A DNA stretch of 64,000 nucleotides from Longimicrobiales bacterium (GCA_965203485.1 OZ241892.1:2720001-2784000), one strand, 5' to 3'. Shown: positions 17,285-27,990, numbered from the stretch's first letter. Translations and numbers: made by a program. The notes: generated by a model from the sequence alone, not told the origin.

Positions 17285-19555
17285 ATGTCGACGAGCCGAA
17301 GCCGGTTGCATGCGGCACGGGGGGTTTGCGCCGCGCCCGCCGTCCTCGCCGCCCTGTGCCTTTCGGCGCATGTCGAAGCGCAGCCCGCGCCAGCCGCCGG
17401 CCACGGGGGCGCCTACTTGGACCCGCAAGCCCGGCGGCTCGTCCAGGGAGCGAGAGGCGCCCGGGACTCGGCGTCGCTCGCGCTGGAGTCCTACGCGGTC
17501 CGCGCCCGCGAGAGGCACCTGTGGCAGTTCGACGCCCCGCGATCGAGCTACGTGATCCAGGACTACCAGCAGGAGTACCGCTTCCGTTGGGCCCGAAACG
17601 ACGCCGCCGTGATGCGAATGGACGCCTACTGGATTCTCCACTCGTCCCTGGCCGGCGACCCGCCCTACGGCGCGGGAATGCAGGCCGCCGTCAAGCGAGG
17701 CCTCGATCCGTACCGAAGCCCCTTTCGCTTCGCCCTGGCGATGTTGCCGGAGACCGTCGGCGCCGCGCCGGAAACGGGCAAGCCGGAGTTCGTTTCGCCC
17801 CTCGACTCGGGGGCCGAGCAGTTCTACCGCTACCGCTCCGGCGACACGGTCACCGTGTCGACGCCCGGCGGCCAGACGGTTCGGGCCGTTGCCGTCAACG
17901 CCGTGCCGAGGCGCCGGGCGGTCCGTTTCGTCTCGGCCGTCCTGTGGATCGAGGCGGAGTCCTTCGGCTTGGTGCGCCTCGCGTTTCGCCCAGCAAAGCC
18001 GATCGACTCGGAACTCGTCTGGTGCGTCGTTTGCGAAGGCGGGGGCGGTCCCAGAGTCTTGGTCGACCTGGCGGGCGGCGCGGAAGGAGCGCCGGGCGAT
18101 GCGAGCCAAGCGCCGGGCGGCGGCGGCAAGTCCGCGCCCGGGGTCCTCGGCAGGCTCGCGAACGCCGCGCTTCGCTCCGCCATGCCCAGGATGGAGCTCG
18201 GCGTCGCGGCCGTGGTGGCCGACTACGCGCTCTGGGATTCCCGGCATTGGTTGCCTCGGTCCATGACGCTCGAGGCGTCCATGGCGCCGGTCGACGAATT
18301 CGTGGCCAACGACGAGCTGCGCGAGACGTCGGGAGGCGTCTCGTCCCAGGTCGTCTTCGATGTCGAGGAGATCCGCGAGCGGGGCGCCGACCCCGAGACG
18401 GCGCTCGAGGTCGCCCGCCGCTGGCAGGAGCCCGAAGACCATGTGGACGAGGCAGGACGGCCCGACCCGGCCGCGACGTGGACCCTCCGGCCTCCGGATT
18501 CGCTCGCGCGACTGCGGAACCGTTTCGCCGGCGCCCTCTGGGACGAAGAGTCGTTGCACGGCGACGGCGCGACGGAACGGATGGCGTCGGAGCTGGCGGC
18601 CATCGAGGGCGAAGCGGGCGAGGACGCCGTCTTCGAGACCAGCCCATGGAGCTTCGAGCCGCCGCTGCTCACCTTGCGGCTGCTCGGGTACAGTCGCGAC
18701 GAGGGATTCTCGGCCGGCACGCGCATTTGGCGGCGGTTTCCCTGGGGCCGCGCGGTAGTCTCCGCCCGAATCGGAACGAAGCTGACCGAACCGCGAGCGA
18801 CGTTCGCGGTCGAGCGCGAATTCCCAGACTGGCGCGTGCGGGTCTCGGCCTATCACGACCTGCGTCCGGCCGCGATGGCGCTGGATTTCGGCGCCGTCGA
18901 AGGCCGAGCCGCCCGCTGGTACGCCGCCGACGGAATCGCTCTTCGGGCGGCGCCCGCAAGACGCAACCGGGCATTCCTGTCGCTTCGCGTGTTCGCCGAG
19001 CGGCACGACGAATCGGGGCCCGGCGCACACGCGACTCGTGCCGGCGCCGCGGGCGCCTGGACGCCGTGGTGGGGCGGCCGCGCGGGCCGTCTGCTCCAAG
19101 GCGGCGGCGAGTTGTCGGTCGAGGGCGCCGTTGGCCGCGGGCGCCTGCTCCGGATCGCCGCCACCGCCGCCGTCGTCGTCGGCCGAGACCGTCCGTGGTC
19201 GTTCGCGGCCGAGGGCGGCGGCGCCCGCACCTGGAGCCGCTCCCGCCGCGCCGACCCGTGGTTGCTCGACGGGTCCGGCGACTGGTTGCGGGGCCATCCG
19301 CCCCTGCTGCTTCCCGGGGCCGTCGTCTGGCGTGGACGCGCCGACGCTCAGCGACGCCTGTGGTTCGTCCGGCTCTCCGCCTTCGCCGATTGGGCCGTCG
19401 TCCGCGGGCACGACTTCGGCTCCGCCGGGGCGGGCCTCGTCTGGCCCGGCGGAATCCGCTTCGACGTCGCAAGGAAACTGGCCTTGGAGCCCGCGGGCGT
19501 CGTCCCGGCGCGACCAAAATGGCGCACCTACCTCCGCTTCGACACTCGCTTCTGA
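17285..19555 (+). CDS. Hypothetical exported or outer-membrane protein
   Basis: Signal peptide (VEA-Q); beta-rich C-terminal half ending WRTYLRFDTRF with a terminal Phe. Confidence 0.65.
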   Translation: MSTSRSRLHAARGVCAAPAVLAALCLSAHVEAQPAPAAGHGGAYLDPQARRLVQGARGARDSASLALESYAVRARERHLWQFDAPRSSYVIQDYQQEYRFRWARNDAAVMRMDAYWILHSSLAGDPPYGAGMQAAVKRGLDPYRSPFRFALAMLPETVGAAPETGKPEFVSPLDSGAEQFYRYRSGDTVTVSTPGGQTVRAVAVNAVPRRRAVRFVSAVLWIEAESFGLVRLAFRPAKPIDSELVWCVVCEGGGGPRVLVDLAGGAEGAPGDASQAPGGGGKSAPGVLGRLANAALRSAMPRMELGVAAVVADYALWDSRHWLPRSMTLEASMAPVDEFVANDELRETSGGVSSQVVFDVEEIRERGADPETALEVARRWQEPEDHVDEAGRPDPAATWTLRPPDSLARLRNRFAGALWDEESLHGDGATERMASELAAIEGEAGEDAVFETSPWSFEPPLLTLRLLGYSRDEGFSAGTRIWRRFPWGRAVVSARIGTKLTEPRATFAVEREFPDWRVRVSAYHDLRPAAMALDFGAVEGRAARWYAADGIALRAAPARRNRAFLSLRVFAERHDESGPGAHATRAGAAGAWTPWWGGRAGRLLQGGGELSVEGAVGRGRLLRIAATAAVVVGRDRPWSFAAEGGGARTWSRSRRADPWLLDGSGDWLRGHPPLLLPGAVVWRGRADAQRRLWFVRLSAFADWAVVRGHDFGSAGAGLVWPGGIRFDVARKLALEPAGVVPARPKWRTYLRFDTRF

Positions 19556-19637
19556 CGAGCGCTCGCCGCCGTCTCGGGCTTGCCGCGCTCCGCGTCGGCC
19601 CGTGGCGGGCGGCCCGAACCGGCCGCGCGGCAAACAT

Positions 19638-19667
19638 TTGACTTCGGGGCGCTCTCGTGGTTAAGAT
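19638..19667 (+). promoter_or_regulatory. Putative sigma-70 promoter for the sigma factor gene
   Basis: TTGACT-18 nt-TAAGAT in an otherwise GC-rich intergenic region. Confidence 0.5.
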
Positions 19668-19806
19668 TGTCTTCCATTTTCTCGCCCGGACGGGTCGGAA
19701 CGACCTGTAGCCGCGCGGGATTCAGAAACAGCCGTTCCGGCATCCGTTGCCGGGATCGCCGGGGTGCGGGGCGCCAATCGATTCACTTCAAGCCAGGAGG
19801 ACGGAG

Positions 19807-20679
19807 TTGTTCGCAAGCTCGGGCGGTGTCGATTCCTTCGATCAGTACCTTCAGGATGTCGAGCGGTACCCCTTGATTTCCGACCCGGAGGAGGAGCGGG
19901 CCCTCGCCAGGCGCGCCCGAACAGGAGACAAGGAGGCCGCCGAGCGACTCGTGACGGCGAACCTTCGCTTCGTGATCTCGTACGTGAAGAAGTACCAGGG
20001 ACGCGGCCTCGCGCTCGCCGAGCTGGTCTGCATCGGCAACGAGGGCCTGCTCAAGGCCGTCAAGAAGTTCGACCCCGACAAGGGCGTCAAGTTCATCTCC
20101 TACGCGGTCTGGTGGATTCGCCAGACGGTGCTGCAGGCGCTGGCCGAGCAGACCCGCTCGGTGCGGATCCCGCTCAACCAGAACTCCAACCTCGCCCGCT
20201 TGGCGCGGACCAACACGGCCCTGATGCAGAGGCTCGGCCGCACGCCGACCGACCAGGAACTCGCCGACGAAATGAGGGAGCCCCTCGAGACGGTGCGGTC
20301 GCTTAGGCGCGTCGCGGCGGCCGAAGTCAGCTTGGACGCTCCCGTCGACCGGGCCGACAACGACAGCGCCACCCTCATGGACCGGTTCGTGGACAGCGAC
20401 GAGGACGACATCGAGGAAGCCGTCGAGACGAGCGCGCGCCGACAACACCTCGAGCGCATGTTCGACGACTACCTGACGGAGCGCGAACGCAAGATCCTCT
20501 ACCTCTACTACGGCCTCGACGACGGCGAGGAGCACACGCTCGAGGAGATCGGATCGTTGCTGGGCGTGACCCGAGAGCGCATTCGCCAGATCCGCAACCG
20601 CGCCTTCGAGAAGCTCCAGGAGAGCCCCCAGGGCGAGGCCCTCCGGGGTTTCTGGCCCACCAGCGGAAGGGCATCCTAG
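19807..20679 (+). CDS. RNA polymerase sigma factor, RpoD/SigA family, lacking region 1.1
   Basis: AGGAGG then TTG start; DQYLQDV (1.2), LVTANLRFV, GNEGLLKA, FISYAVWWIRQ, TLEEIG..GVTRERIRQI. Confidence 0.93.
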   Translation: MFASSGGVDSFDQYLQDVERYPLISDPEEERALARRARTGDKEAAERLVTANLRFVISYVKKYQGRGLALAELVCIGNEGLLKAVKKFDPDKGVKFISYAVWWIRQTVLQALAEQTRSVRIPLNQNSNLARLARTNTALMQRLGRTPTDQELADEMREPLETVRSLRRVAAAEVSLDAPVDRADNDSATLMDRFVDSDEDDIEEAVETSARRQHLERMFDDYLTERERKILYLYYGLDDGEEHTLEEIGSLLGVTRERIRQIRNRAFEKLQESPQGEALRGFWPTSGRAS

Positions 20680-20833
20680 AGCAGCCGTCGAGCCGCGACG
20701 GGACGGCCGCCCAGGGAGGGGATGCCTGCAACGGCCGACGCGGCTTGCGCACGGAAGCAAGCGCCAGCCGCCCCGGCCGCCCGGCCCGCTCGCGACGCTG
20801 AACCGGCCGCCCGAGCAACGCCGGCCCCGTCGG

Positions 20834-21181
20834 TCAGCCGTCTTGCGCCTCCTCGCCCCGGGGCGTGAGCATCACCATCTCTCTCCCACGCACCTCCGCC
20901 GTGGGGATCGTCACGCCGTCGCGCTCGTACGAGTCGTACTGCAGATAGCCCTCGACGAACAGCCGGTCGCCCCGCGACACGTAGTCCTCGGCCACCTGCG
21001 CGAGACGGCCCCACAGCACGATGCGGTGCCAGTCCGTGCGCTCCTCGGGCTCTTCCCCGCCGGTGCGCCAGTTGGTCGCGAGCGACAAGCGCGCCACCTT
21101 CGCGCCCGCGCTCGTCGTGCGCACGTCGGGGTCGCCTCCGACGTTGCCGACGAGGATCACCTTGTTGACTGAACGGCTCAC
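20834..21181 (-). CDS. ssb: Single-stranded DNA-binding protein (short form)
   Basis: SVNKVILVGNVGGDP, LATN, TDWHRIVLWGRLA, VEGYL; GGAGG RBS. Confidence 0.92.
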   Translation of the reverse strand: MSRSVNKVILVGNVGGDPDVRTTSAGAKVARLSLATNWRTGGEEPEERTDWHRIVLWGRLAQVAEDYVSRGDRLFVEGYLQYDSYERDGVTIPTAEVRGREMVMLTPRGEEAQDG

Positions 21182-21358
21182 TGCTGGCCTCCATTCCTGG
21201 TTGCGTCCGGGCGGCCCGGCGTCCTCGCGTGGTCGGGTGCGCCGCCGGTCCGGCTCCAATGGGATGGAGTGAAAGATGAGCCGGGAGGCGGGACGCCTAC
21301 ATGGTCGAATGGGACAGCCGTCGCGAGGCGGGCCACGCCGCCCCGGAGACCGAAGGCG

Positions 21359-24121
21359 TCACCCCTTGCAGTCCAGCCAAGTCGGCCCGGAGCCGGTGTC
21401 GACGCGGAGCGGCACGGCAAGCTCGCAAGCCGACTCCATCTCGGCCACGACGATCGCGGCCATGTCGCCGACGCGCGCCTCCTCCACTTCGAAGACGAGC
21501 TCGTCGTGCACCTGGAGGAGCATGCGCGCGCCGTCGTCGTCCCCCAGCGCGTCCGCCAGCCGCACCATCGCCGTCTTGACGAGGTCGGCCGCCGTGCCCT
21601 GAATCGGCGTGTTCTGGGCCACGCGCTCTCCAAACTGGCGCACGTTCCAAGACTTGGCCTTGAGTTCGGGCACGTAGCGGCGGCGTCCCATGAGCGTCTC
21701 GACGTACCCGCGCTCCTTCGCCTGCTCCACCTGCTCGTCCAGGTAGCGTCGCACTCCGGCGAAGCGTTCGAAGTACTGGGCGATGAACTCCCTTGCCGCC
21801 TCCTGCGATATCCCCAGCGCCCGGCCCAACGAGAACGGGCCTTGGCCGTAAAGGGTTGCGAAGTTGACCGTCTTGGCCTGGTCGCGCATTCGACCGGTGA
21901 CGTCCTCCACCGCCACGTCGAAGATGATCGCGGCCGTCTCGCGGTGGACGTCCTTGTCGGCCTCGAACGCGGCCACGAACACCGGATCGCGGGAGAAGTG
22001 CGCCAGGATGCGCAGCTCGACCTGGGAGTAGTCGGCCGTGAGGAGCAACGAGCCGGACCGCGCCACGAAGCCGCGCCGGATCTCGCGTCCCGCCGCCGTG
22101 CGGACGGGGATGTTCTGAAGGTTGGGATCGGACGACGACAGCCGGCCGGTGGCGGCGATCGTCTGGTTGAAGGTGGTGTGCAGCCGACCCGTCTCCGGGT
22201 CGACGAGAGACGGCAGGGCATCCACGTAGGTGCCCCGCAGCTTCTCCAGTCGCCGGTAGTCCATCAGGAGCCGGGGCAGCTCGTGGCCGGCCACGGCGAG
22301 CTCTTCCAGCACCGACGAGTCCGTCGAAGGACCGGTCTTGGTCCGCTTCAGCACGGGCAGCTCCATCCTCCCGAAAAGGATTTCGCGCAACTGCCGGGTC
22401 GAGTTCAGGTTGAACTCCGTGCCTGCGACGCGATGCGCGTCGTCGCGGACCAAGCCGAGCTCGCGCCCGAGTCGCTTGCTCTCCCGGCGGAAGAAGGCCG
22501 CGTCGATCGCCACGCCGGCCGTCTCCATATCGGCCAGCGCCGAGACCAACGGCATCTCCATCTCCACGAACAGATGGTCGAGCGCGTGGCCGGCGAGCTG
22601 CTTGCCGAACCGTTCCCAAAGGCGCAGGGGAAGATCGGCCCGCTCGCACGCGAAGCGCAGCGCCTCCGCTGGGGTCGCGTCGCCGAAGCTCCTTCGCTTG
22701 CGGCCGACGCCCAGCAACCCGCTTTCCGAGACGGGTTCCACGCCGAGCAGGCCGCCGGCCACCGCATCGAGGTCGTGGCTGCGCCGCCCCGGGTTCAGCA
22801 GGTAGGACGCCACCATGACGTCCTTGAAGGGGCCGGCCAGCGCCAAGCCGGCGCGACGGCACGCGACGATCGAACGCTTGATGTCGTGGCCGACCTTCGC
22901 GATCGACCGGTCCGCCAGCAAGTCGCGCAACGGCTGGAGTTCGGGACCGTCGGGCGGAACCAGATTGGGGGCGTCCCCGCCGTCGCCGTTTCCGTCGTCG
23001 GCGCCAAGGCCCAGTCCCGTTCCGCTTCGATGGCCGAACGGCAGGTAGCAGGCGCTTCCGGGCGCCGCCGAGACGGCGATCCCCGCCAAGCGGCCGCGCA
23101 ACGGCTCCAAGGTCTCCGTCAGCGCCGCGATTCCGGCCGTTCCGCTGCGGCGACAGGCGGCCACGAGGCTGGCCAGCTCGCCGGGGCCGGTGGCGAGCTC
23201 GTACTCGGCCCTGGCGGCCTCCGCGCCCGACCGCCCCGGCCCGAGCATCCCCAACAACGAAGAGAATTCCAGCTCGAGGAACATCTCGCGCAACCTGTCG
23301 TCGTCGGGCGGGCCCGCGCGGAGAGCCTCGATCTCCACCTCCACCTCCACGTCCGTGCGGATCGTCACCAACTCGCGCGACAGCAGCACCTTGTCGCGGT
23401 TCTCGGACAGCGACTCGGCGACGTTCCTGGACTTCACCTCGCCTAGGCGGTCCAGCAGCGCTTCCAGCGATCCGAAGTCGTTCAGGAGCCGGACGGCCGT
23501 CTTTGGTCCCACGCCGCGAGCGCCGGGCACGTTGTCCGACGCGTCGCCTACCAACGCCAAGTAGTCGACCACGCGGGACGGGCCGACGCCGAGCTTGCCG
23601 GCGGCGTTGGTCTCGTCCACCCACTGCTCTCCCGCCCCCGACCGGCCCGGCTGGTACAGCCTCACGCCCGGTCCCACCAACTGGTAGAAGTCCTTGTCGC
23701 CCGACACGATCACGGAATCGACGGCTCCGGCCCGAGCGCGCCGGGCCAGCGTCCCGATCACGTCGTCCGCCTCCCACCCTTCGACCTCCACGACGGCAAG
23801 CCCGAGGCGCCCGGCGATTTCGCGGATGCGGGGCAGGCTTTCCCGCAACTCGTCCGGCATCTTCTTGCGCGTCGCCTTGTACGCCGGATAGAGCTCTTCG
23901 CGGTGACTGCGGCCCGAATCGAAGACGACGGCGACGTACTCGGGCGCGTGATCCCGGCGCAGGTCGAGGAGAAATCTGGCGAAGCCGAAGGCCGCCGACG
24001 TGTTCTCGCCCCGCGAGTTGGTCAGGGGATTGCGCGCGAAAGCGAAGTGCGCCCGGTACGCGAACGCATAGGCGTCGACCAGAAACAAGCGCGGCCGGGA
24101 CGCGTTCTGGGCGCTCTCCAT
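21359..24121 (-). CDS. polA: DNA polymerase I
   Basis: 5'-exonuclease (LVD, YKATR, EADD, SGDKD, GDASDN); polymerase TGRLSSSDPNLQNIP, ADYSQVELRILAH, AKTVNFATLYG, QVHDEL. Confidence 0.98.
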   Translation of the reverse strand: MESAQNASRPRLFLVDAYAFAYRAHFAFARNPLTNSRGENTSAAFGFARFLLDLRRDHAPEYVAVVFDSGRSHREELYPAYKATRKKMPDELRESLPRIREIAGRLGLAVVEVEGWEADDVIGTLARRARAGAVDSVIVSGDKDFYQLVGPGVRLYQPGRSGAGEQWVDETNAAGKLGVGPSRVVDYLALVGDASDNVPGARGVGPKTAVRLLNDFGSLEALLDRLGEVKSRNVAESLSENRDKVLLSRELVTIRTDVEVEVEIEALRAGPPDDDRLREMFLELEFSSLLGMLGPGRSGAEAARAEYELATGPGELASLVAACRRSGTAGIAALTETLEPLRGRLAGIAVSAAPGSACYLPFGHRSGTGLGLGADDGNGDGGDAPNLVPPDGPELQPLRDLLADRSIAKVGHDIKRSIVACRRAGLALAGPFKDVMVASYLLNPGRRSHDLDAVAGGLLGVEPVSESGLLGVGRKRRSFGDATPAEALRFACERADLPLRLWERFGKQLAGHALDHLFVEMEMPLVSALADMETAGVAIDAAFFRRESKRLGRELGLVRDDAHRVAGTEFNLNSTRQLREILFGRMELPVLKRTKTGPSTDSSVLEELAVAGHELPRLLMDYRRLEKLRGTYVDALPSLVDPETGRLHTTFNQTIAATGRLSSSDPNLQNIPVRTAAGREIRRGFVARSGSLLLTADYSQVELRILAHFSRDPVFVAAFEADKDVHRETAAIIFDVAVEDVTGRMRDQAKTVNFATLYGQGPFSLGRALGISQEAAREFIAQYFERFAGVRRYLDEQVEQAKERGYVETLMGRRRYVPELKAKSWNVRQFGERVAQNTPIQGTAADLVKTAMVRLADALGDDDGARMLLQVHDELVFEVEEARVGDMAAIVVAEMESACELAVPLRVDTGSGPTWLDCKG

Positions 24122-24302
24122 GGGCTGTCCTCGCGTGTCGGCGGCGGGGACGCTTCGGCCAACGGGATCTGCCGGCCGGAAGGCGGGCGCACGCGCGGCC
24201 GGGCCGCTTCTAGGCCCTGTCGCGGCATGCCGGGCGGCTACGCCGACGCCGCCCCCGCGTGACGCCCGCGATCAGAAGCAGGCCGCAACGGCGTCCAAGC
24301 GG

Positions 24303-24503
24303 CTAGGCGCGGAGCACCTGCGTCGCTTGAAGGCCGCGGTCGGTCGCCTCAACCTCGAACTCCACCTCTTCGCCTTCGGCCAGCGTTCGGAAGCCTTCGC
24401 CCTGGATGGAGCTGAAGTGAACGAAAACATCTTCTCCAGCAGGCTGGGCGATGAAGCCGTAGCCCTTCGAGTCGTTGAACCACTTCACCTTCCCTCTTGC
24501 CAT
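24303..24503 (-). CDS. csp: Cold-shock protein
   Basis: [32 protein letters not shown]. Confidence 0.97.
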   Translation of the reverse strand: MARGKVKWFNDSKGYGFIAQPAGEDVFVHFSSIQGEGFRTLAEGEEVEFEVEATDRGLQATQVLRA

Positions 24504-24566
24504 TTGCCGTTCCTCCGGAGTGACTGAAAACCGCGGGCCCGCGGGCCCTGCTTGGACGAGCCGATC

Positions 24567-24595
24567 ATCATGGGACGAGCGAGCGCCGGGGTCAA
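24567..24595 (-). promoter_or_regulatory. Putative sigma-70 promoter for csp
   Basis: Minus strand TTGACC-17 nt-CATGAT. Confidence 0.45.
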
Positions 24596-24649
24596 GCAAC
24601 CGGCGCGTGGGGGCATTCTCGTTTCAGCCCAGCCTGATCGAGGTCTCGT

Positions 24650-27147
24650 TCACCGGTTGCGAGCGGCCGCATCCGGATCGGAGGGGCGTTCGTCGCCGTA
24701 GAGCCACGCGTACAGCGCGCGGTTGCGCACGACGTTCTTGACGTAGGCGCGGGTCTCGAAGAACGGAATGCGCTCGGTGAAGCGCCGGGCGTCGGCAACC
24801 TCGGGAAACCGCCGCCAGCGGTTGGCGCGGGTCGGGCCGGCGTTGTAGGCCGACAGGACCAAGGGGATGTCGCCGTCGTAGCGCTCCATGAGTTCGGCGA
24901 GAAAGAGCGCGCCCAAGTGGACGTTGATCTCCGGCACGGTCAGGAAGCCGCGGTCGAACCCGAGCGGCCCCGCGGCGCGGGCGAGCTGCGCGCCGGTGGC
25001 CGGCACCACCTGCATGAGGCCGACCGCCCCGGCGGGCGACACCGCTCGGGGTCGAAGGCGCTCTCCTGGCGGATCAGGCCGGCTACCAAATGGGGATCCA
25101 GGCCCAGCTCCGCGGAGCGCGCCTCCACGAGTTCGCGGTGCGGGAAGGGAAAGACCAGCCTCAGCAACGGGAGGTCCCAGGCCCTTCCTCGGCGTCGCAG
25201 CTCCCAACCGAGCGTGATCGCGTCGCGCGGGCGGCCCGCCCCCCGGAGCGCGACGGCCAGCGCGAACAGGCGTTCGGCCGAAGCCTCCGCCGCGGACCTC
25301 GTTCGCTCGACGTGCGCGGCGGCGGCCTCGTGAAGACCGGAGGCGTCCAGCATCGCCAGCACGTCCATCTCGCGCGCCAGCCACGACGGAGGCGGGGGCG
25401 CCGCGTCCCCCTCGAGCGACGTCGGCCGCGGCGGAAGCAGGACGCCCTCGAGGGCCGCCGAGACGTCCGCGCCGCCCGGCGGCCGACCGGGATCGCGCCC
25501 GTCGGCCGCGCTGAGGAAGGCGTAGTAGGAGAGAGGACTCTCACGGCGTATCCGCGCCAAGCGGGCGCGCGCGAACGCGGTGTCGCCGACCTCGGTCGCG
25601 GCCTGGGCGGCCCAGAACGCCGCCTCCTCCCAGCGGCGTCCCTCCGGGAACTCGGCCAAGTAGGCGTCGAAGACCGCCAGCGCCTCTTCGGCTTCGCCCC
25701 GCGCCAAGTGAATCTGGCCCCAGCGCATGCGGGCCAAGCCCGCCCGGTCGGCCGAAGGGGAGGCCGCGACGACTTGCCGGTAGCCCGCCAGCGCCTCCAG
25801 CACGCGCCCGGAGTCCTGGTGGTCGTCGGCCCGGAAGAAAACGACGTCCAGCGCCTGCCGGCTGGACGGAAAGCGTTCGACGAGCCAGCCCTCCACCGTG
25901 CTCGCGTCGCCGTGCCGGCCTTGGCGGCGGCGCACGCCCGCCCACGCCGAGAGAGCGCGCGCGGCGGTTTCCGCGTCCTCGGACTCGGCCAGCCGTCTGT
26001 ACTGGCCTATCGCGTCGCCGCGGGCGCCGCTGCCCGCCAGCGCGCGGGCTCGCGACAGCCGCTCGCTCTCGGAGAGCTCGGCGCCGGCTTCGACGGCCGC
26101 GTTCCAGGCCAGACCCGCGGTGCCGAACTCGCCTCCGTTCCCCAGCGCGGACGCCATGCGCCGAAGAACCGCCGGGTCCAGATCTCGGCCGTGGGCCCGC
26201 AACGCCTTGGCCGCCGCCAGGGCCGCCGCTCCCCGGGTCGTCGTCCCGACCACGTCCGCCGCCGAGGCCACGGCGCCAACCGTGTCGGCCAGGGCCAACC
26301 GGTAGCGCCACCGCCGAGCCGCCAGGTGCACGCGCGAAGGCGGTCCCGCGGCGGCAGGCGCGATTTCGCCGAGCACGGCCAAGGCGGCCGCCGTGTCGCC
26401 CGCCGCGGCCCATGCGTCCACGACGAGGCTCCACCCGCGGCGCCGAACCGATCGGTCGCGGACATGCTCACGGACCCGGCGGGTCGCCTCGGGCCGCCCC
26501 GTCGCCGCGAGGGACCGCGCCGCTTCGAGGGCGGTCCAGTCGGCCGCCACGGGCGCGAACGATCGCAAGGTCGCAAGGGCGTCCTCGGTTTCGGCGGCCG
26601 GGCGTCGCGCCGCACCAGCGCGAATCCAACGCGAGAGAGCGGGCGCGCGACGCGGATCGCGGGGCGCAACGGCGTCGAGAAAGCGCGCCAGCGCGGCCTC
26701 GGCGTCCTCGTCGCCTCCGGTTTCGGCCAGCGCCGTCCCCAGGAGGAGCCAGTGCTCGAGGGGTGGCTCCCGCTGGCCCTTCTCGCCGGACGAAAGAGCC
26801 GCCACGACGCCTTCCCAGTTGCGCCAGCCCGCCTCGGCCTCCGCGAGAAAGACGCGGTCCCGCACCGCCACGGCGCTTTCGGCCTCGGCAAAGGCCGCGC
26901 GCAATTCCAAGCTCGCCTGCCAGTGCCGCCCGGCCGCCAGCAACCCACGAACGGACTCGGAGGCAACGCCCTCCTGGCCTGCGGCGTCCCCTGCGAGGAC
27001 CGACGAGCCCAGAAGCGCCGCGGCCGCCAGCAAGACGGCGGCCGGGACGGGCCCGCCGACGCGGGCCGCCCGGGCGTCGCCTGCGAATCCGGCCGTCGGC
27101 AAGATGCGGCCGGGACGGGTCCGCCGACGCGGGCCGACGCCCAGCAA
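24650..27147 (-). CDS. TPR-containing lytic transglycosylase (Slt-like), split by a 1-nt frameshift near 25045
   Basis: The N-terminal frame has a signal peptide, TPRs and LIRQESAFDP. The other frame continues AVSPAGAVGLMQV..SAYNAGP..ETRAYVKNV. One missing base rejoins them. Start uncertain. Confidence 0.85.
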
Positions 27148-27306
27148 CAGGGCCAGTTGTTCGCCTAACGCGGGTCGGGCGGCGTGCTGCCCGGCAGGTT
27201 GATCAAGCCGCCGTTCGCCGACAAGGCGTTCGCTCCAACGCTGATCCCGTCCGCGTCCACGTCCGTCCGCGCGCGGCCGGTGGCCGTCCCGCCGGGTGCG
27301 TGCCGC

Positions 27307-27990
27307 CTAGCTTGCCGCCGGAGTCGGCCGGCCGGCCTGCATCGAGAACAGCGTGTCGATCATCTTCTGGGCGGATTCCTCCATGTCCACTACCAGGTGG
27401 TCGATTCTCGACACGAAGTAGTTGTGGGCGATGCTCACGGGAATGGCGATCGCCAAGCCGGCAGCCGTCGTCGTCAGCGCGACCTTGATTCCTTCGGCCA
27501 CCGTCTGCGCGTCCACTTCGCCCGCCAATTGGATCGCTTGGAAGGCTTCGATCATCCCCAACACCGTCCCCAGGAAGCCGAGCAACGGAGCCACGTTGGT
27601 GAGCGTCGCCAGCACGACCAAGCCGCTCTCGAGCTTGCTGAGCTCGATGAGCCCGCGATTCTCAATGGCCTTGATGACGCGGTCGGTGCCCTCGTCGCAC
27701 CGCTCCAATCCCGCATAGAGGATGTTGGCCGCGGGAGAATCGGACTCGCGCGTGGTCTCGAGGGCTTCGTCCACGCGCTGCTGCGTGAGGAGTTCGTCCA
27801 CGTTCTTGACCGTCTTGCGCGTCGAGCTGCTCTTGGACAGCAGGTCGAAGAACTTCCAGACGATGACGACGAAGCCCACCAGCACGCACAGAGCCAGCGG
27901 CCACGCCATGCCGCCGGCGTCGGTCCACGCCTGCTGAAGACGCTCGCCGAGGGAAAGATCCGGCCCTTCCAGACCCGGAACCTGAATCAT
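27307..27990 (-). CDS. MotA/TolQ/ExbB proton channel family protein
   Basis: LATLTNVAPLLGFLGTVLGMIEAF, VAEGIKVALTTTAAGLAIAIP. Confidence 0.92.
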   Translation of the reverse strand: MIQVPGLEGPDLSLGERLQQAWTDAGGMAWPLALCVLVGFVVIVWKFFDLLSKSSSTRKTVKNVDELLTQQRVDEALETTRESDSPAANILYAGLERCDEGTDRVIKAIENRGLIELSKLESGLVVLATLTNVAPLLGFLGTVLGMIEAFQAIQLAGEVDAQTVAEGIKVALTTTAAGLAIAIPVSIAHNYFVSRIDHLVVDMEESAQKMIDTLFSMQAGRPTPAAS

